Assembly (NCBI GenBank): GCA_040005915.1
Contig: JBDTYA010000060.1
Location: 1,510-65,509 of the forward strand
Origin: Ilumatobacteraceae bacterium
Lineage (GTDB): Bacteria; Actinomycetota; Acidimicrobiia; Acidimicrobiales; Ilumatobacteraceae
DNA length: 64,000 nt
Direction: 5' to 3'
Shown one piece after another: positions 9,429 through 18,600 of the stretch; within the stretch, counting starts at the first letter, position 1, and each line of letters opens with the position of its first letter. Under the pieces are notes generated by a model that saw only the letters and a program-made list of their open reading frames with translations, had not been told where the DNA came from and searched no databases. The translations under genes and the position numbers were made by a program.

Positions 9429-10217
9429 TCAGTCGGTGCGTTCGACGCGGATGTCGCCGGAGATGGTCTTCAGCTGCAATCGAACCGGCCGCCGTTCGAC
9501 GACCTCGCCCGACGACGCCTTATCGGGCAGCGGGTCGGGCAGCGGGTCGGGCAGTACGGCGCGGCCGCTGAGGGTGACGATGGCCGCCTCGACACGGATC
9601 CCGCCGGGCAGGCCGACGCGCACATCGCCGGAGACCGAACGGACGGCGATGTCGGACCCACCGCATCGGGCCACCCGAACATCGCCACTGGTGGAGTTGA
9701 CGCTGACGTCGCCGTCGCACGCCTCGACGCGCAGATCGCCCGAGGTCAGCGTGGCCTCGAGCCTGCCGCCGATCCGGCGCAGCGTGCAGTCGGCCGAGAC
9801 CGAAGCGACGCTGGCGTCACCAGCGACATCGCCGCACGAGATGCTGCCCGTCGCCGTGGCGACATCGAGACGGTCGGCGTCGCCCGCTTCGATGTCGCCC
9901 GACGTGGTGCGCACGCGGACCACACCGAGTCGACCGACGAGGCGCACTTCGCCCGACGTCGAGTTGACCTCGATGTCGGTGCCGCTCGGCACATGAGCGA
10001 CGAGGCGACTGTTCCGGCCGCGGCGTCCCCAACGTGAGGGATGGCGCACCGAGATTCGATCGCCGGTCTTGAAGATCTCGAACTCGTCGACATCGCCGGA
10101 GTCGATGGTGAGCTGGACGACACCTGCGTCGCCGGTGAAGATCTCGATGGCGCCCACCGGGACGCGGATGTCGAGCGCCGGGCGTTCGCCGACTTCCCAT
10201 CGTTCGCTACGGCTCAT
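9429..10217 (-). CDS. DUF4097-type beta-strand repeat protein
   Basis: 262 aa with repeated (T/S)SGD(I/V)(R/E) units: TSGEVRL, TSGDIEA, TSGDLRV, TSGDVRV, VSGDVRV and ISGDIRV. Confidence 0.6.
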   Translation of the reverse strand: MSRSERWEVGERPALDIRVPVGAIEIFTGDAGVVQLTIDSGDVDEFEIFKTGDRISVRHPSRWGRRGRNSRLVAHVPSGTDIEVNSTSGEVRLVGRLGVVRVRTTSGDIEAGDADRLDVATATGSISCGDVAGDASVASVSADCTLRRIGGRLEATLTSGDLRVEACDGDVSVNSTSGDVRVARCGGSDIAVRSVSGDVRVGLPGGIRVEAAIVTLSGRAVLPDPLPDPLPDKASSGEVVERRPVRLQLKTISGDIRVERTD

Positions 10218-10227
10218 CGTCGTCTCT

Positions 10228-10680
10228 TCACAGGTCGAAGCTGTGGGTCATCCGAAAGCCGGGTGCGTTCGGCGGCTTGCGCGCCCGCTTGGACAGGGCG
10301 TCGAGCACCCAGCTGTTGACGGATGCCCCGGCGGTGTCGGCGGCATCCTCGATCAGGCCCTTCAGCGAGGGTGGCACGCGAAGCGTGATCCGGGCGTCGA
10401 GCTCTTCCGATGTAGCCGGCTCGTGGGCGACGGCGGACTCGGCGATGCGCAGCGACGGGTCGCCCTCCGACAGGACGAGGTCGACAGTGCGGTCGGGCAG
10501 TTGGGCGCGAACCTCGACAGCGGCCTGTTCGGCAAGATCCATCGCCGCCTGGCGGATGGCAGGCCCCAGGGCGGCGACCAGATGGTCGATTGCCTCTTCG
10601 ACGGCGACATCGCCGCCGGCCAATGACCCCTGGCCGCTGAGTGCGGCGTGCACCGCGTTGATGACTGGCTGGACCTGCAT
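10228..10680 (-). CDS. ribbon-helix-helix (HicB/CopG/Arc-like) DNA-binding protein
   Basis: Inner part of track ORF 10228..10833, starting at MQVQPV (10680). The C-terminal ARITLRVPPSLKGLIEDAADTAGASVNSWVLDALSKR is a typical RHH module. It lies 10 nt upstream of the DUF4097 gene. Confidence 0.6.
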   Translation of the reverse strand: MQVQPVINAVHAALSGQGSLAGGDVAVEEAIDHLVAALGPAIRQAAMDLAEQAAVEVRAQLPDRTVDLVLSEGDPSLRIAESAVAHEPATSEELDARITLRVPPSLKGLIEDAADTAGASVNSWVLDALSKRARKPPNAPGFRMTHSFDL

Positions 10681-10802
10681 CAGCGGTCGCGGCGGCGGGA
10701 CTCGACACGGGTGCCGTCGCGCCGCGTGCGGCTGTGCTGGCGAAGCCGTCGAACCCGGTCGTCGTGGAGTGCTGCGATGAACTGCGGGCTTCCGAAGAAT
10801 GG

Positions 10803-10854
10803 TGACATCATCTTGTCCTTTCGTTGACATCATTATGATGTCACAATGATGTCA
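10803..10854. promoter_or_regulatory. operator array: four copies of the 9-mer TGACATCAT, two direct and two inverted, including a perfect 19-bp palindrome
   Basis: Read directly from the sequence: TGACATCAT at 10803-10811 and 10825-10833, and ATGATGTCA at 10835-10843 and 10846-10854. Positions 10825-10843 form TGACATCAT-T-ATGATGTCA. The array sits in an AT-rich patch upstream of the RHH/DUF4097 operon. Confidence 0.6.
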
Positions 10855-10859
10855 TCCTG

Positions 10860-11822
10860 TCAAGCAGTTTCCGCCGTACTTCGCGACGTGACGAGTACAG
10901 CCAGATCAGGGTCGTACTGCGCGATGATCCCACGGACCCGCTGCACCGCCAACGACTCCAGGCCATCGACCAGGCTGGCGAACAGATCGTGGGCCTCGGC
11001 TCGCGGCCAGCGCTTCGGCAGCAGCGCGGCGGGCAGGTCGGGGTCGGTGACCGCGAAGACGAACCATCGATAGTTGGCCCTCGTCCTGCTGACCAACGCC
11101 TCGGTCGCGCCGATCCGGCCCTCCTCGAGGCGCCGCAGCACGGGGCGGAACGTGCGGACGAACTCGGAATACGACTCTCCCAACTCGTCGAGGTTCCACG
11201 CCGAAGCCACCGACAACCGCGTTGCGAGTGGCAGCTCCGAGGCCCTCATCACCGTGCACGACTTGGTCGGGGCGATCTCCAAGGCGATCTCGAGTTCCTT
11301 GTTGGGAGCATGGGGTGACACCCACAGCCCGTCGTACAGCGGGGCGAACCCGAGCGACTGCAGGCGGCCGCGCAGCATCGGCCGCAGGCGGCGCTGATCC
11401 TCCGACACGGTGAACGCCACCATCGTCCACACGCCATCCCAGACCGCCACCGGCTTGGCGAAGGCGCGGGTATGGATTGGCCCGTACGGAAGCAGGCTCC
11501 GGAACCCGTCGGCGACTCGGTAGAACGTGTTGCGACCGTCCTTCGTGCCGACGAGCAGACCACGGATCGACAGCCGGCTCAGCGCGGCGCGGGCACCGGA
11601 CGGGTTGACCTCGAACTCGGCGAGCAGGTCGACCAGCGCTGCAGACGGCAGGGGCTCCGATCGACACGACCAGTAGTCGCCGAGCAACGCCAACAGCAGA
11701 TGCTGCGGCGGGAACCCGACCTGGAAGCGCGGCATGTCGAGCTCACCGAACTCCGTGAAGCGGGCTGCCGCTTCTACGTCCGCCGCCGAGGGCTCATGCT
11801 CTCGACGGCGACCGGAACTCAT
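10860..11822 (-). CDS. PaaX-family transcriptional regulator
   Basis: Inner part of track ORF 10860..12449, starting at MSSGRRREHEP (11822). The N-terminal winged-helix region (LLLALLGDYW...SAALVDLLAEFEVNPSGARAALSRLSIRGLL) and C-terminal PaaX-like region (LGFAPLYDGLWVSPH) are present. Confidence 0.7.
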   Translation of the reverse strand: MSSGRRREHEPSAADVEAAARFTEFGELDMPRFQVGFPPQHLLLALLGDYWSCRSEPLPSAALVDLLAEFEVNPSGARAALSRLSIRGLLVGTKDGRNTFYRVADGFRSLLPYGPIHTRAFAKPVAVWDGVWTMVAFTVSEDQRRLRPMLRGRLQSLGFAPLYDGLWVSPHAPNKELEIALEIAPTKSCTVMRASELPLATRLSVASAWNLDELGESYSEFVRTFRPVLRRLEEGRIGATEALVSRTRANYRWFVFAVTDPDLPAALLPKRWPRAEAHDLFASLVDGLESLAVQRVRGIIAQYDPDLAVLVTSRSTAETA

Positions 11823-11839
11823 CGGCGCAACCGTAGTGA

Positions 11840-12664
11840 CTATGGATTGATGAGCCCGTCCTCGTCGTTGATGAGGAACTGCATGCCTCGCCCGAGGAAG
11901 TCGCCGACCACATCGGCGAACGCCTCGGGGCGATCCGATTGGATGTCGTGTGCCGCGTCGTAGACGTACTGCAGCGACGAGTTGCGCAGTGCCCGACGAA
12001 TCGTTCGACCGTTGATGGGATTGATGATCCCGTCGTCGCGGCCGAACAGGATCAGGGTGCGTGTCGGCACATCGGACAGCCGTCCAGCGAGGCCGTCGTC
12101 TGATCCATCGCCCATCAACCGCTCGACCGTCGGCCAGACGCGCCCCATGAATTCGGGGTCCGGCGGGGCCATGTGCGGTAGGCGTTCGGGGTGCGACCTG
12201 AAGGCCTTGACGAGCGCCTCCGGCGCAAGCGTGGACGGATGGGCGGTGGCTTCGCGGAACTTGGCCGGGCCTTCGAGCACCATCGACTCGACCCTGTCGG
12301 GGTACTGGGCGGCGAAGTGCAGTGCGCAGGCCCCGCCGAACGAACTGCCCATCAGATGAAATCGTTCGAGGCCGAGCGCCGTAGCGACGTCGGCGACCTG
12401 GGCGGCGAGGCCGTCGAAGTCGGCGACGTCGTTGGGCTCTGCACCCCAACCCGGCAACTCGACCATGATCACGCGGAACCGCGCAGCAAGGAGGTCGAGT
12501 GCGATCGTGAAGTTCGGGCCACCGGCGCCCGGCAGGTAGAGCACCGCCGGCCCGTCGCCCGCCGTGTAGTACCGCACCGTGAACCCGGCGGCGTCGACCG
12601 AGTCCTCGACGAAGCCCGCGCCCGGAACACCGATGTCGGCGGTGGCAGCGGCTGTGTCGGTCAT
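11840..12664 (-). CDS. alpha/beta hydrolase
   Basis: 274 aa with the nucleophile elbow HLMGSSFGG and a C-terminal AAHDIQSDRPE His motif. The stop of the upstream LLM gene overlaps this gene's ATG start (ATGA, 12661-12664). Confidence 0.75.
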   Translation of the reverse strand: MTDTAAATADIGVPGAGFVEDSVDAAGFTVRYYTAGDGPAVLYLPGAGGPNFTIALDLLAARFRVIMVELPGWGAEPNDVADFDGLAAQVADVATALGLERFHLMGSSFGGACALHFAAQYPDRVESMVLEGPAKFREATAHPSTLAPEALVKAFRSHPERLPHMAPPDPEFMGRVWPTVERLMGDGSDDGLAGRLSDVPTRTLILFGRDDGIINPINGRTIRRALRNSSLQYVYDAAHDIQSDRPEAFADVVGDFLGRGMQFLINDEDGLINP

Positions 12665-13776
12665 GATTTCACCAGGCCCATCTCGTGGACGACCGGAACG
12701 ACCTCTTCGCCGATCAGCTGCAGGCTCGACATCGTCGATTCGTGCGGCAGCGGATTGATGGTGCCGAGCGAGATCTCGAGCCGCCCCATACCCAACACGT
12801 CGTGGATGTCCTTGATCCTTGCCAGCACGGTCTCGGGACTGCCGTACAGCGGTGGGCCCATGACCATCGACGGTGCCATCGACGGATCGATCTTGACGTG
12901 CTTGGGCACCCCGCCGAGCGCCGCGCCGACCTGCGCCATCGTCATCATCAGGTCTGGTGAGGCACCCTTGAACAGGGCCATCAAACCCCCGACGCCGAGC
13001 CTCGACATCGTCTCGTCGGCCTCGTCATCGGTCGGGGTGACGTACATGAAGTGGCGGTATTGCAGGTTGTCAGGGGTCGGATCCCAACCGGCGTCGTTTG
13101 CCGCCTGGCGGTACAACGTGGCGTGCTCGGCGCACTTCTCTGCGGCCATGTACGAGAACCCGAGATCGAGGCCGTGCTTGCCCGCGAAGATCGCCCCGTC
13201 CTTGCTGTTTCCGGAGATGAGGATCGGCGGATGCGGGTCCTGCACCCGCCTCGGCCACACGGCGATGTTGCGGAACCGGTAGAAGCGACCTTCCCAACCG
13301 AAGGGCTCGGGCTCGGTGAAGCACGCCTTCAGCAGCAGGATCCCCTCTTCGTAGCGCTCGCGGGATTCCCACGGGTTGGTCCCGTATGTGAGGTACTCGT
13401 TGGGCGTGCCGCGCAGCATTCCGATGCGCAGCCGACCGTCGACGATGTTGTCGAGCATCGAGTACTCCTCGGCGATGCGGACCGGGTTGTTCAGTGGCAG
13501 GTCGGTGCCGAAGACGCCGATCTGTGCCATCGGGAAGCGCCGACCCGCGACCGCCGCGAAGATGATGGGGTTCGGTGTCAACTGCTTCGGCGAATAGTGG
13601 TGTTCGGCGAAGTTCAGCGAATCGAAGCCGGCGGCGAGCGCGGCCCCACATTCGATCAACCCGTGCTCGATCGTCGCGCTGACCCACTCGGTCTCGCAGA
13701 TCCGCGGCGGCGCCGGCCACGAATCGCCGTGATCCGGCCCCCAGTAGTTCATCGTGTTGAAAAACTCGATCTTCAT
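12661..13776 (-). CDS. LLM-class (luciferase-like) flavin-dependent monooxygenase
   Basis: 371 aa. FDSLNFAEHHYSP and GRLRIGMLRGTPNEY are typical luciferase-like monooxygenase blocks. Confidence 0.75.
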   Translation of the reverse strand: MKIEFFNTMNYWGPDHGDSWPAPPRICETEWVSATIEHGLIECGAALAAGFDSLNFAEHHYSPKQLTPNPIIFAAVAGRRFPMAQIGVFGTDLPLNNPVRIAEEYSMLDNIVDGRLRIGMLRGTPNEYLTYGTNPWESRERYEEGILLLKACFTEPEPFGWEGRFYRFRNIAVWPRRVQDPHPPILISGNSKDGAIFAGKHGLDLGFSYMAAEKCAEHATLYRQAANDAGWDPTPDNLQYRHFMYVTPTDDEADETMSRLGVGGLMALFKGASPDLMMTMAQVGAALGGVPKHVKIDPSMAPSMVMGPPLYGSPETVLARIKDIHDVLGMGRLEISLGTINPLPHESTMSSLQLIGEEVVPVVHEMGLVKS

Positions 13777-13874
13777 AGTGGCGTCAGAATAGTCACACTA
13801 AACAAGACTGTCGATAGACAATATGTAATTGGTTCTCTACAGGCGCCGCCGCTTCTGCTGGGCCGCGACAGCTC

Positions 13875-14765
13875 TCATTGGGGGCCCCAATCGGCGCGGG
13901 TCGCATCGGCAACTCGTGTGATGAGGTCGATCTGATCCGCCACCGTGCCGGCGACGATCCGGTTGGCGATGCCGAAGTGCGAGACGCCGGCATCGCGCAT
14001 CGCCCGCAGGTTGCCGGCCCACTGATCGGGCGGGGTCACATGGGTGACGAGTCGACCCTCCAAACCGAACGACGCCGCATCGCGTCCTACCGACTCGACC
14101 TCGGCGCGCATTCGATCGACGAACCGCAGGCCGGCATCGAGGTCGATGCCGAGCGGCGCCATCATCTTGAACCCATCGGCCAGACGGGCGGCGCGATTGA
14201 TCGTGATCGGACGGGGCATGCCGGCAGTGTCGAAGTTGCCGCCACCCATCCAGATCGGGATCGACCGGTCGGGCCGCGGGTGCAGTGCGACTTGGTCGAG
14301 CACGACGTGCGTGCCGTGGTACGTCACGAGCGGCTCGGTCCACAACAATCGCATCGCCTCGATCTGCTCCTCGATGCGCGCCCCGCGCGTCAGCGGATCC
14401 ACACCGACCGCCTCGAGCTCGCGGTGCTGCCAGCCCACGCTGACGCCAAGGCGCAACCGGCCACCGCTGAGCAGGTCGACCTCTGCCGCCTGCTTTGCAG
14501 CGAGGGCCGCAGGGCGCAGCGCCAGCAGCGTCATGCCGGTGTTGAGCTCGATGCTCTCGGTGATCGCAGCGAGGAACGCCAGCAACGTGAACGACTCGTG
14601 CCACGGCTCGTCGAACGACAGCCCGGGCGGGAACGGCGAGGCGCTCGACGACACCACATGCTCCGAGAAACCGATGTGCGCGTAGCCGAGGCCCTGCGCC
14701 GCCTGCACGTAGTCGCGGATCTCGACCGGATGTGCAAAGTATGGGAGATCGACACCGACACGCAT
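13875..14765 (-). CDS. LLM-class flavin/F420-dependent oxidoreductase
   Basis: Inner part of track ORF 13875..14963, starting at MRVGVDLPYF (14765). GYAHIGFSEHVV, GGRLRLGVSVGW and IPIWMGG are LLM family blocks. Confidence 0.7.
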   Translation of the reverse strand: MRVGVDLPYFAHPVEIRDYVQAAQGLGYAHIGFSEHVVSSSASPFPPGLSFDEPWHESFTLLAFLAAITESIELNTGMTLLALRPAALAAKQAAEVDLLSGGRLRLGVSVGWQHRELEAVGVDPLTRGARIEEQIEAMRLLWTEPLVTYHGTHVVLDQVALHPRPDRSIPIWMGGGNFDTAGMPRPITINRAARLADGFKMMAPLGIDLDAGLRFVDRMRAEVESVGRDAASFGLEGRLVTHVTPPDQWAGNLRAMRDAGVSHFGIANRIVAGTVADQIDLITRVADATRADWGPQ

Positions 14766-14840
14766 GACGGCGACAGTACTGCGACCCCCCGGATAGTCGA
14801 CAGATGAGCGATTCACCGTCAACGCATATGCTCTCCGTCC

Positions 14841-15671
14841 ATGCGCTTGTTCAACCTCGCCGGCCGGCTCAGCACCTTTGTCGACGGTGCCGTCGTCGAT
14901 GTCGCCGCCGGCAGCGACAACCGGTTCTCCTCCGACCCTCAGCGAATGTTCGACGACTGGCAAGGACTCGCCGAGTGGGGCAGATCGGCCGGTGCCAGTG
15001 GCGCCGGCGCAGTCGATGCCTCACTGCTGCAGGCGCCGGTGCCGCGGCCACCACAGGTGTTCGCGATCGGGCTCAACTACAGAGCCCACGCCGAGGAGGG
15101 CATCTTCAGCGTGCCCGAGGAGCCGACCGTCTTCACCAAGTGGCCGAGCTGCATCGTCGGGCCATCGCATGTGGTCGAGCTGCCGGTCGACACCGACTGG
15201 GAGATCGAGCTCGTCGTGGCCATCGCCCGGCGCGCTCACCACATCGAGGCGGCGGATGCGATGTCGTACATCGCCGGCTTCACGATCGGTCAGGACCTCA
15301 GCGATCGGGTGCTGCAGCGCAAGGGGCCGGCGCCGCAGTGGAGCCTCGGCAAGTCGCGCTACGGGTTCGGTCCAACGGGTCCATGGTTGGTCACGCTCGA
15401 CGAGTTCGACAACCCGCAGGACCTCGACATCCACAGCACCCTCGAGGGCGAGACCCTGCAGGCGTCGCGCACGTCGATGTTGATCTTCGACATCCCGTAC
15501 CTCATCGAGTACTTGTCAGCGCTGTGCCCGCTGATGCCCGGCGACATCATCTTCACCGGAACGCCCGAAGGCGTCGGCTACGCCCGCAAGCCACCGCGGT
15601 TCCTCCACCCCGGCGATGTCTTGACCAGCACCGTCGAAGGCATCGGCGACCTCGTCACCCACTTCGCCTGA
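14841..15671 (+). CDS. fumarylacetoacetate hydrolase (FAH) family protein
   Basis: 276 aa with the blocks VFAIGLNYRAHAEE, ELPVDTDWEIELVVAI, GKSRYGFGPTGPWLVT and PGDIIFTGTPEGVG. Confidence 0.8.
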   Translation: MRLFNLAGRLSTFVDGAVVDVAAGSDNRFSSDPQRMFDDWQGLAEWGRSAGASGAGAVDASLLQAPVPRPPQVFAIGLNYRAHAEEGIFSVPEEPTVFTKWPSCIVGPSHVVELPVDTDWEIELVVAIARRAHHIEAADAMSYIAGFTIGQDLSDRVLQRKGPAPQWSLGKSRYGFGPTGPWLVTLDEFDNPQDLDIHSTLEGETLQASRTSMLIFDIPYLIEYLSALCPLMPGDIIFTGTPEGVGYARKPPRFLHPGDVLTSTVEGIGDLVTHFA

Positions 15672-15733
15672 CCCAAACCTGGTGGAGTGTTTCACGCCCA
15701 CCTGGGTGCCTCCCCGCACTCCACGGGGGTTGA

Positions 15734-17119
15734 TCAGGTCAGGAGCGTCTTCTGCACCTTGCCCATTGCGTTTCGCGGCAGGACATCGACCACTCTGACC
15801 TCCCGCGGCCGCTTGTGCACCGAGAGCAGAGCCGCGACGTGGTCGATCAAGGTCGATTCGTCGACGTCGCCGCACACGACGAAGGCCACGATGCGTTGTC
15901 CGAGGTCGGGATCACTGACACCGACGACGGCTGCTTCGACGACATCAGGGTGCGTCAGCAGCGCCGCCTCGACCTCTCCGGCGCCGACCTTGAACCCGCC
16001 GGTCTTGATGATGTCGATCGACTGCCTGCCGACGATGCGATGGAAGCCGCCACCGTCGATCACAGCGGCGTCACCCGTCTTGAACCAGTCGCCGTCGAAC
16101 GACATCGTCGTGGCGTCGGGTCGGTTGAGGTATTCGTCGAACATGGTCGCGCCGCGGATCTGTAGCTCGCCGATCGTCGTGCCGTCATGCTGCATCACCT
16201 CGCCGGCCTCGTCGACGAGTCGGCTCTCGACGCCGTCGATCGGAAGGCCGACCCACCCCGGCCGCCGCTCGCCGTCGGCGCGGGTCGAGACGGTGATCAG
16301 CGTCTCCGTCATGCCGTAGCGCTCGACCGGCGCCTGTCCGATCAGTGCCTGCATCTGCTCGAAGACCGCGACCGGCAGCGGCGCGCTTCCGGAGACGACG
16401 AGGCGGGCACCGCGCAGCCTGGATGCCATCTCGGGCTCGGCGCAGATTCGTGACCACACGGTCGGCACGCCGAAGTACATCGTGCCCTCCGCCGCTGCGT
16501 ACGCCTGCGGCGTCGGCTTGCCGGTGTGGACGAGGCGCGATCCGACGCGCAACGCGCCGAGCACTCCCAGCACCAGGCCGTGCACGTGGAACAGCGGCAA
16601 TCCGTGAACCAACGTGTCGGCGGGCGTCCACTGCCACGCGTCTGCCAGCCCGTCGAGATCCGCGGCGACCGCGCCGCGCGACAACACCACTCCCTTCGGC
16701 AGACCCGTGGTGCCCGAGGTGTACATGATCAACGCCGGCGAGTCGGACGGCGGCTCGGCGCCCGTCCAATCAGCTACTCCGTCCACGGCCACGCGGGGCA
16801 GCGTGACGTCTGTCCAACCGTGGTCGCCGATCATTGCCGCGGCGCCGGAATCTCGCAGCACGTGCTCGCGCTCCATCGGTCCGGCGTCGGCGGGCATCGG
16901 CACCACAGGCACGCCTGCCATCAATCCGGCGACAACACCGACGACGGTGTCGAGCGTCGGGGTGGCCCGCAGGGCGACGGCCGGCATGCCCGCAAGACGT
17001 CGGGCAACAGCACCCGCCCGTCTCGACAGTTCGGCCCACGAAACAGCGACGCCATCGACGATCAGAGCAGCATCGTGGTCGTCGAACTCGCCCGCCAGGG
17101 ATGGCAACAGAACACTCAT
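15734..17119 (-). CDS. acyl-CoA synthetase (AMP-binding enzyme)
   Basis: Inner part of track ORF 15734..17413, starting at MSVLLPSL (17119). Motifs are YTSGTTGLPKGVV, YGMTE and TGD...GRQSIDIIKTGGFKV. The start overlaps the stop of the upstream dehydrogenase (ATGA). Confidence 0.85.
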   Translation of the reverse strand: MSVLLPSLAGEFDDHDAALIVDGVAVSWAELSRRAGAVARRLAGMPAVALRATPTLDTVVGVVAGLMAGVPVVPMPADAGPMEREHVLRDSGAAAMIGDHGWTDVTLPRVAVDGVADWTGAEPPSDSPALIMYTSGTTGLPKGVVLSRGAVAADLDGLADAWQWTPADTLVHGLPLFHVHGLVLGVLGALRVGSRLVHTGKPTPQAYAAAEGTMYFGVPTVWSRICAEPEMASRLRGARLVVSGSAPLPVAVFEQMQALIGQAPVERYGMTETLITVSTRADGERRPGWVGLPIDGVESRLVDEAGEVMQHDGTTIGELQIRGATMFDEYLNRPDATTMSFDGDWFKTGDAAVIDGGGFHRIVGRQSIDIIKTGGFKVGAGEVEAALLTHPDVVEAAVVGVSDPDLGQRIVAFVVCGDVDESTLIDHVAALLSVHKRPREVRVVDVLPRNAMGKVQKTLLT

Positions 17120-18096
17120 GGTTCGCCCATTCGGATCATGACCTTGCCGTAGAGGTCGGGTTGCTGGGCTCGTTCGAACGCGGCATGGATCTGTTCGAAC
17201 GGGTAGACGGAGTCGATGATCGGGTGGAGGTCGGTGGCCGCCATGAAGTGCAGCAGTTGTTCGGTCTCGACGCGGGTCGCACCGCTGACGCCGATGATCG
17301 AGATCTGGCGATAGAAGAGCCTGGCCAGATCGGCGCTGGGCTCGCTGCCGGTCGTTGCTCCCGAGACCAGGATCCGGCCGCCGGGTCGCACGCTGCGCAG
17401 GCTGTGCTTCCATGTGGCCTCGCCGACCGTCTCGATGACGAGGTCGGCGGGGGCCGAGAGCCGAGCACCGGTTTCGATCGCCTCGTGTGCCCCCAACTCG
17501 AGGGCCCGGCGGCGTTTCTCTGCCGACCGGCTGCTCACGATCACCCGCAGACCGGCCGCCCGCGCCAGCGCGGCGGCCGCGGTGGCCACGCCGCCGCCGG
17601 CACCCTGGATCAGCACCGTCTCGCCGGGCTCGGCCTGGCCGCGCGTGAACAGCATCCGAAAGGCGGTGGTCCAGGCAACGGTGATGCAGCCGGCCTCGAT
17701 CATCGACATGAACGGCGGCTTCTCCACGAGGTTTCGCAGCGGCACGATGCTGTACTCGGCGAATGAACCCGGGAAGCGTTCGGACACCAAGGCCCGACGA
17801 GGGTCGAACGACTCGTCGCCGTGACCGGCATCGGGGTTGCCGAACGAGCCGGTGACGATCACCTCGTTGCCCTGCGGGTCCCAGCCGGCGACATCACACC
17901 CGAGCACCATCGGGAACTGATCGGCGCGCACCCCGACGCCCTTCATCGACCACAGATCGTGCATGTTGATCGACGTCGATCCCAACCGAACGAGCGTGTG
18001 CCCATCGGGCGCAATCGGATCCGGCCAGTCGTCGCGCAGCTCGAGCATCGACAACGGCTCAGCTTCGTTGATACCGGTCGCGACCGCAGCCCTCAC
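17116..18096 (-). CDS. zinc-type/MDR alcohol dehydrogenase-like (quinone) oxidoreductase
   Basis: Inner part of track ORF 17116..18423. The probable start is the GTG at 18096 (VRAAVATGINEAEPL). The Rossmann motif is LIQGAGGGVATAAAALARAAG. Confidence 0.75.
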   Translation of the reverse strand: MRAAVATGINEAEPLSMLELRDDWPDPIAPDGHTLVRLGSTSINMHDLWSMKGVGVRADQFPMVLGCDVAGWDPQGNEVIVTGSFGNPDAGHGDESFDPRRALVSERFPGSFAEYSIVPLRNLVEKPPFMSMIEAGCITVAWTTAFRMLFTRGQAEPGETVLIQGAGGGVATAAAALARAAGLRVIVSSRSAEKRRRALELGAHEAIETGARLSAPADLVIETVGEATWKHSLRSVRPGGRILVSGATTGSEPSADLARLFYRQISIIGVSGATRVETEQLLHFMAATDLHPIIDSVYPFEQIHAAFERAQQPDLYGKVMIRMGEP

Positions 18097-18150
18097 ATCT
18101 TCCCTTTCCAGATCGGTGGCGACACCGTAGCTCTGGGAAACTGTCCGACC

Positions 18151-18594
18151 ATGTTCGACAATCCCTGGGATCCGCGCAGTCGCAATGACCTGACCGACAA
18201 CGAACGGGTGGTGCTGCACTTCATGACCGACTGCATGCACGGCGACGATCTGTCGCTGGTCGATCGGTACGTGGCGCAGGACTACATCCAACACACACCC
18301 GGCATCGGGCAGGGTCGCGAAGGGCTTCGGCACTACCTGCACGAGGTCGCCTGGAAGCGGCCCGGGCGACGCGACTGGCGCCCCATCCAGTTGTTCGCGA
18401 GCGGCGACTTCGTGATCCTTCACAAACTCCTGCCGGCTGTCGTGATTGCCGACTTCCTGCGATTCGACTCAGAAGGGATGATGGCGGAGCACTGGGACGT
18501 CGTGCAGCCGCATCCCGAGGCGGACTACGACCCGCTGCGTCCATCGACCGAAAACCTCGATCGCTTCCGCGCCGTCTTCAACATCACCGAATAG
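18151..18594 (+). CDS. SnoaL-like / NTF2-fold protein
   Basis: Inner part of track ORF 17821..18594, starting at MFDNPWDP (18151). LVDRYVAQDYIQHTPGIGQGREGL...GDFVILH...GMMAEHWDV is the typical SnoaL_2 pattern. Confidence 0.65.
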   Translation: MFDNPWDPRSRNDLTDNERVVLHFMTDCMHGDDLSLVDRYVAQDYIQHTPGIGQGREGLRHYLHEVAWKRPGRRDWRPIQLFASGDFVILHKLLPAVVIADFLRFDSEGMMAEHWDVVQPHPEADYDPLRPSTENLDRFRAVFNITE

Positions 18595-18600
18595 GTTGCA

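Noticed and set aside
11823-12449. N-terminal 209 codons of ORF 10860..12449
   Set aside because: This stretch overlaps the alpha/beta hydrolase gene in another frame and is extremely Arg/Pro-rich. The PaaX-like domain begins at the ATG at 11822.
15672-15733. Possible terminator between the FAH gene and the acyl-CoA synthetase gene (GTGGAGTG ... CACTCCAC)
   Set aside because: The 8-bp arms are separated by a loop of roughly 27 nt. That is too weak to call a terminator.
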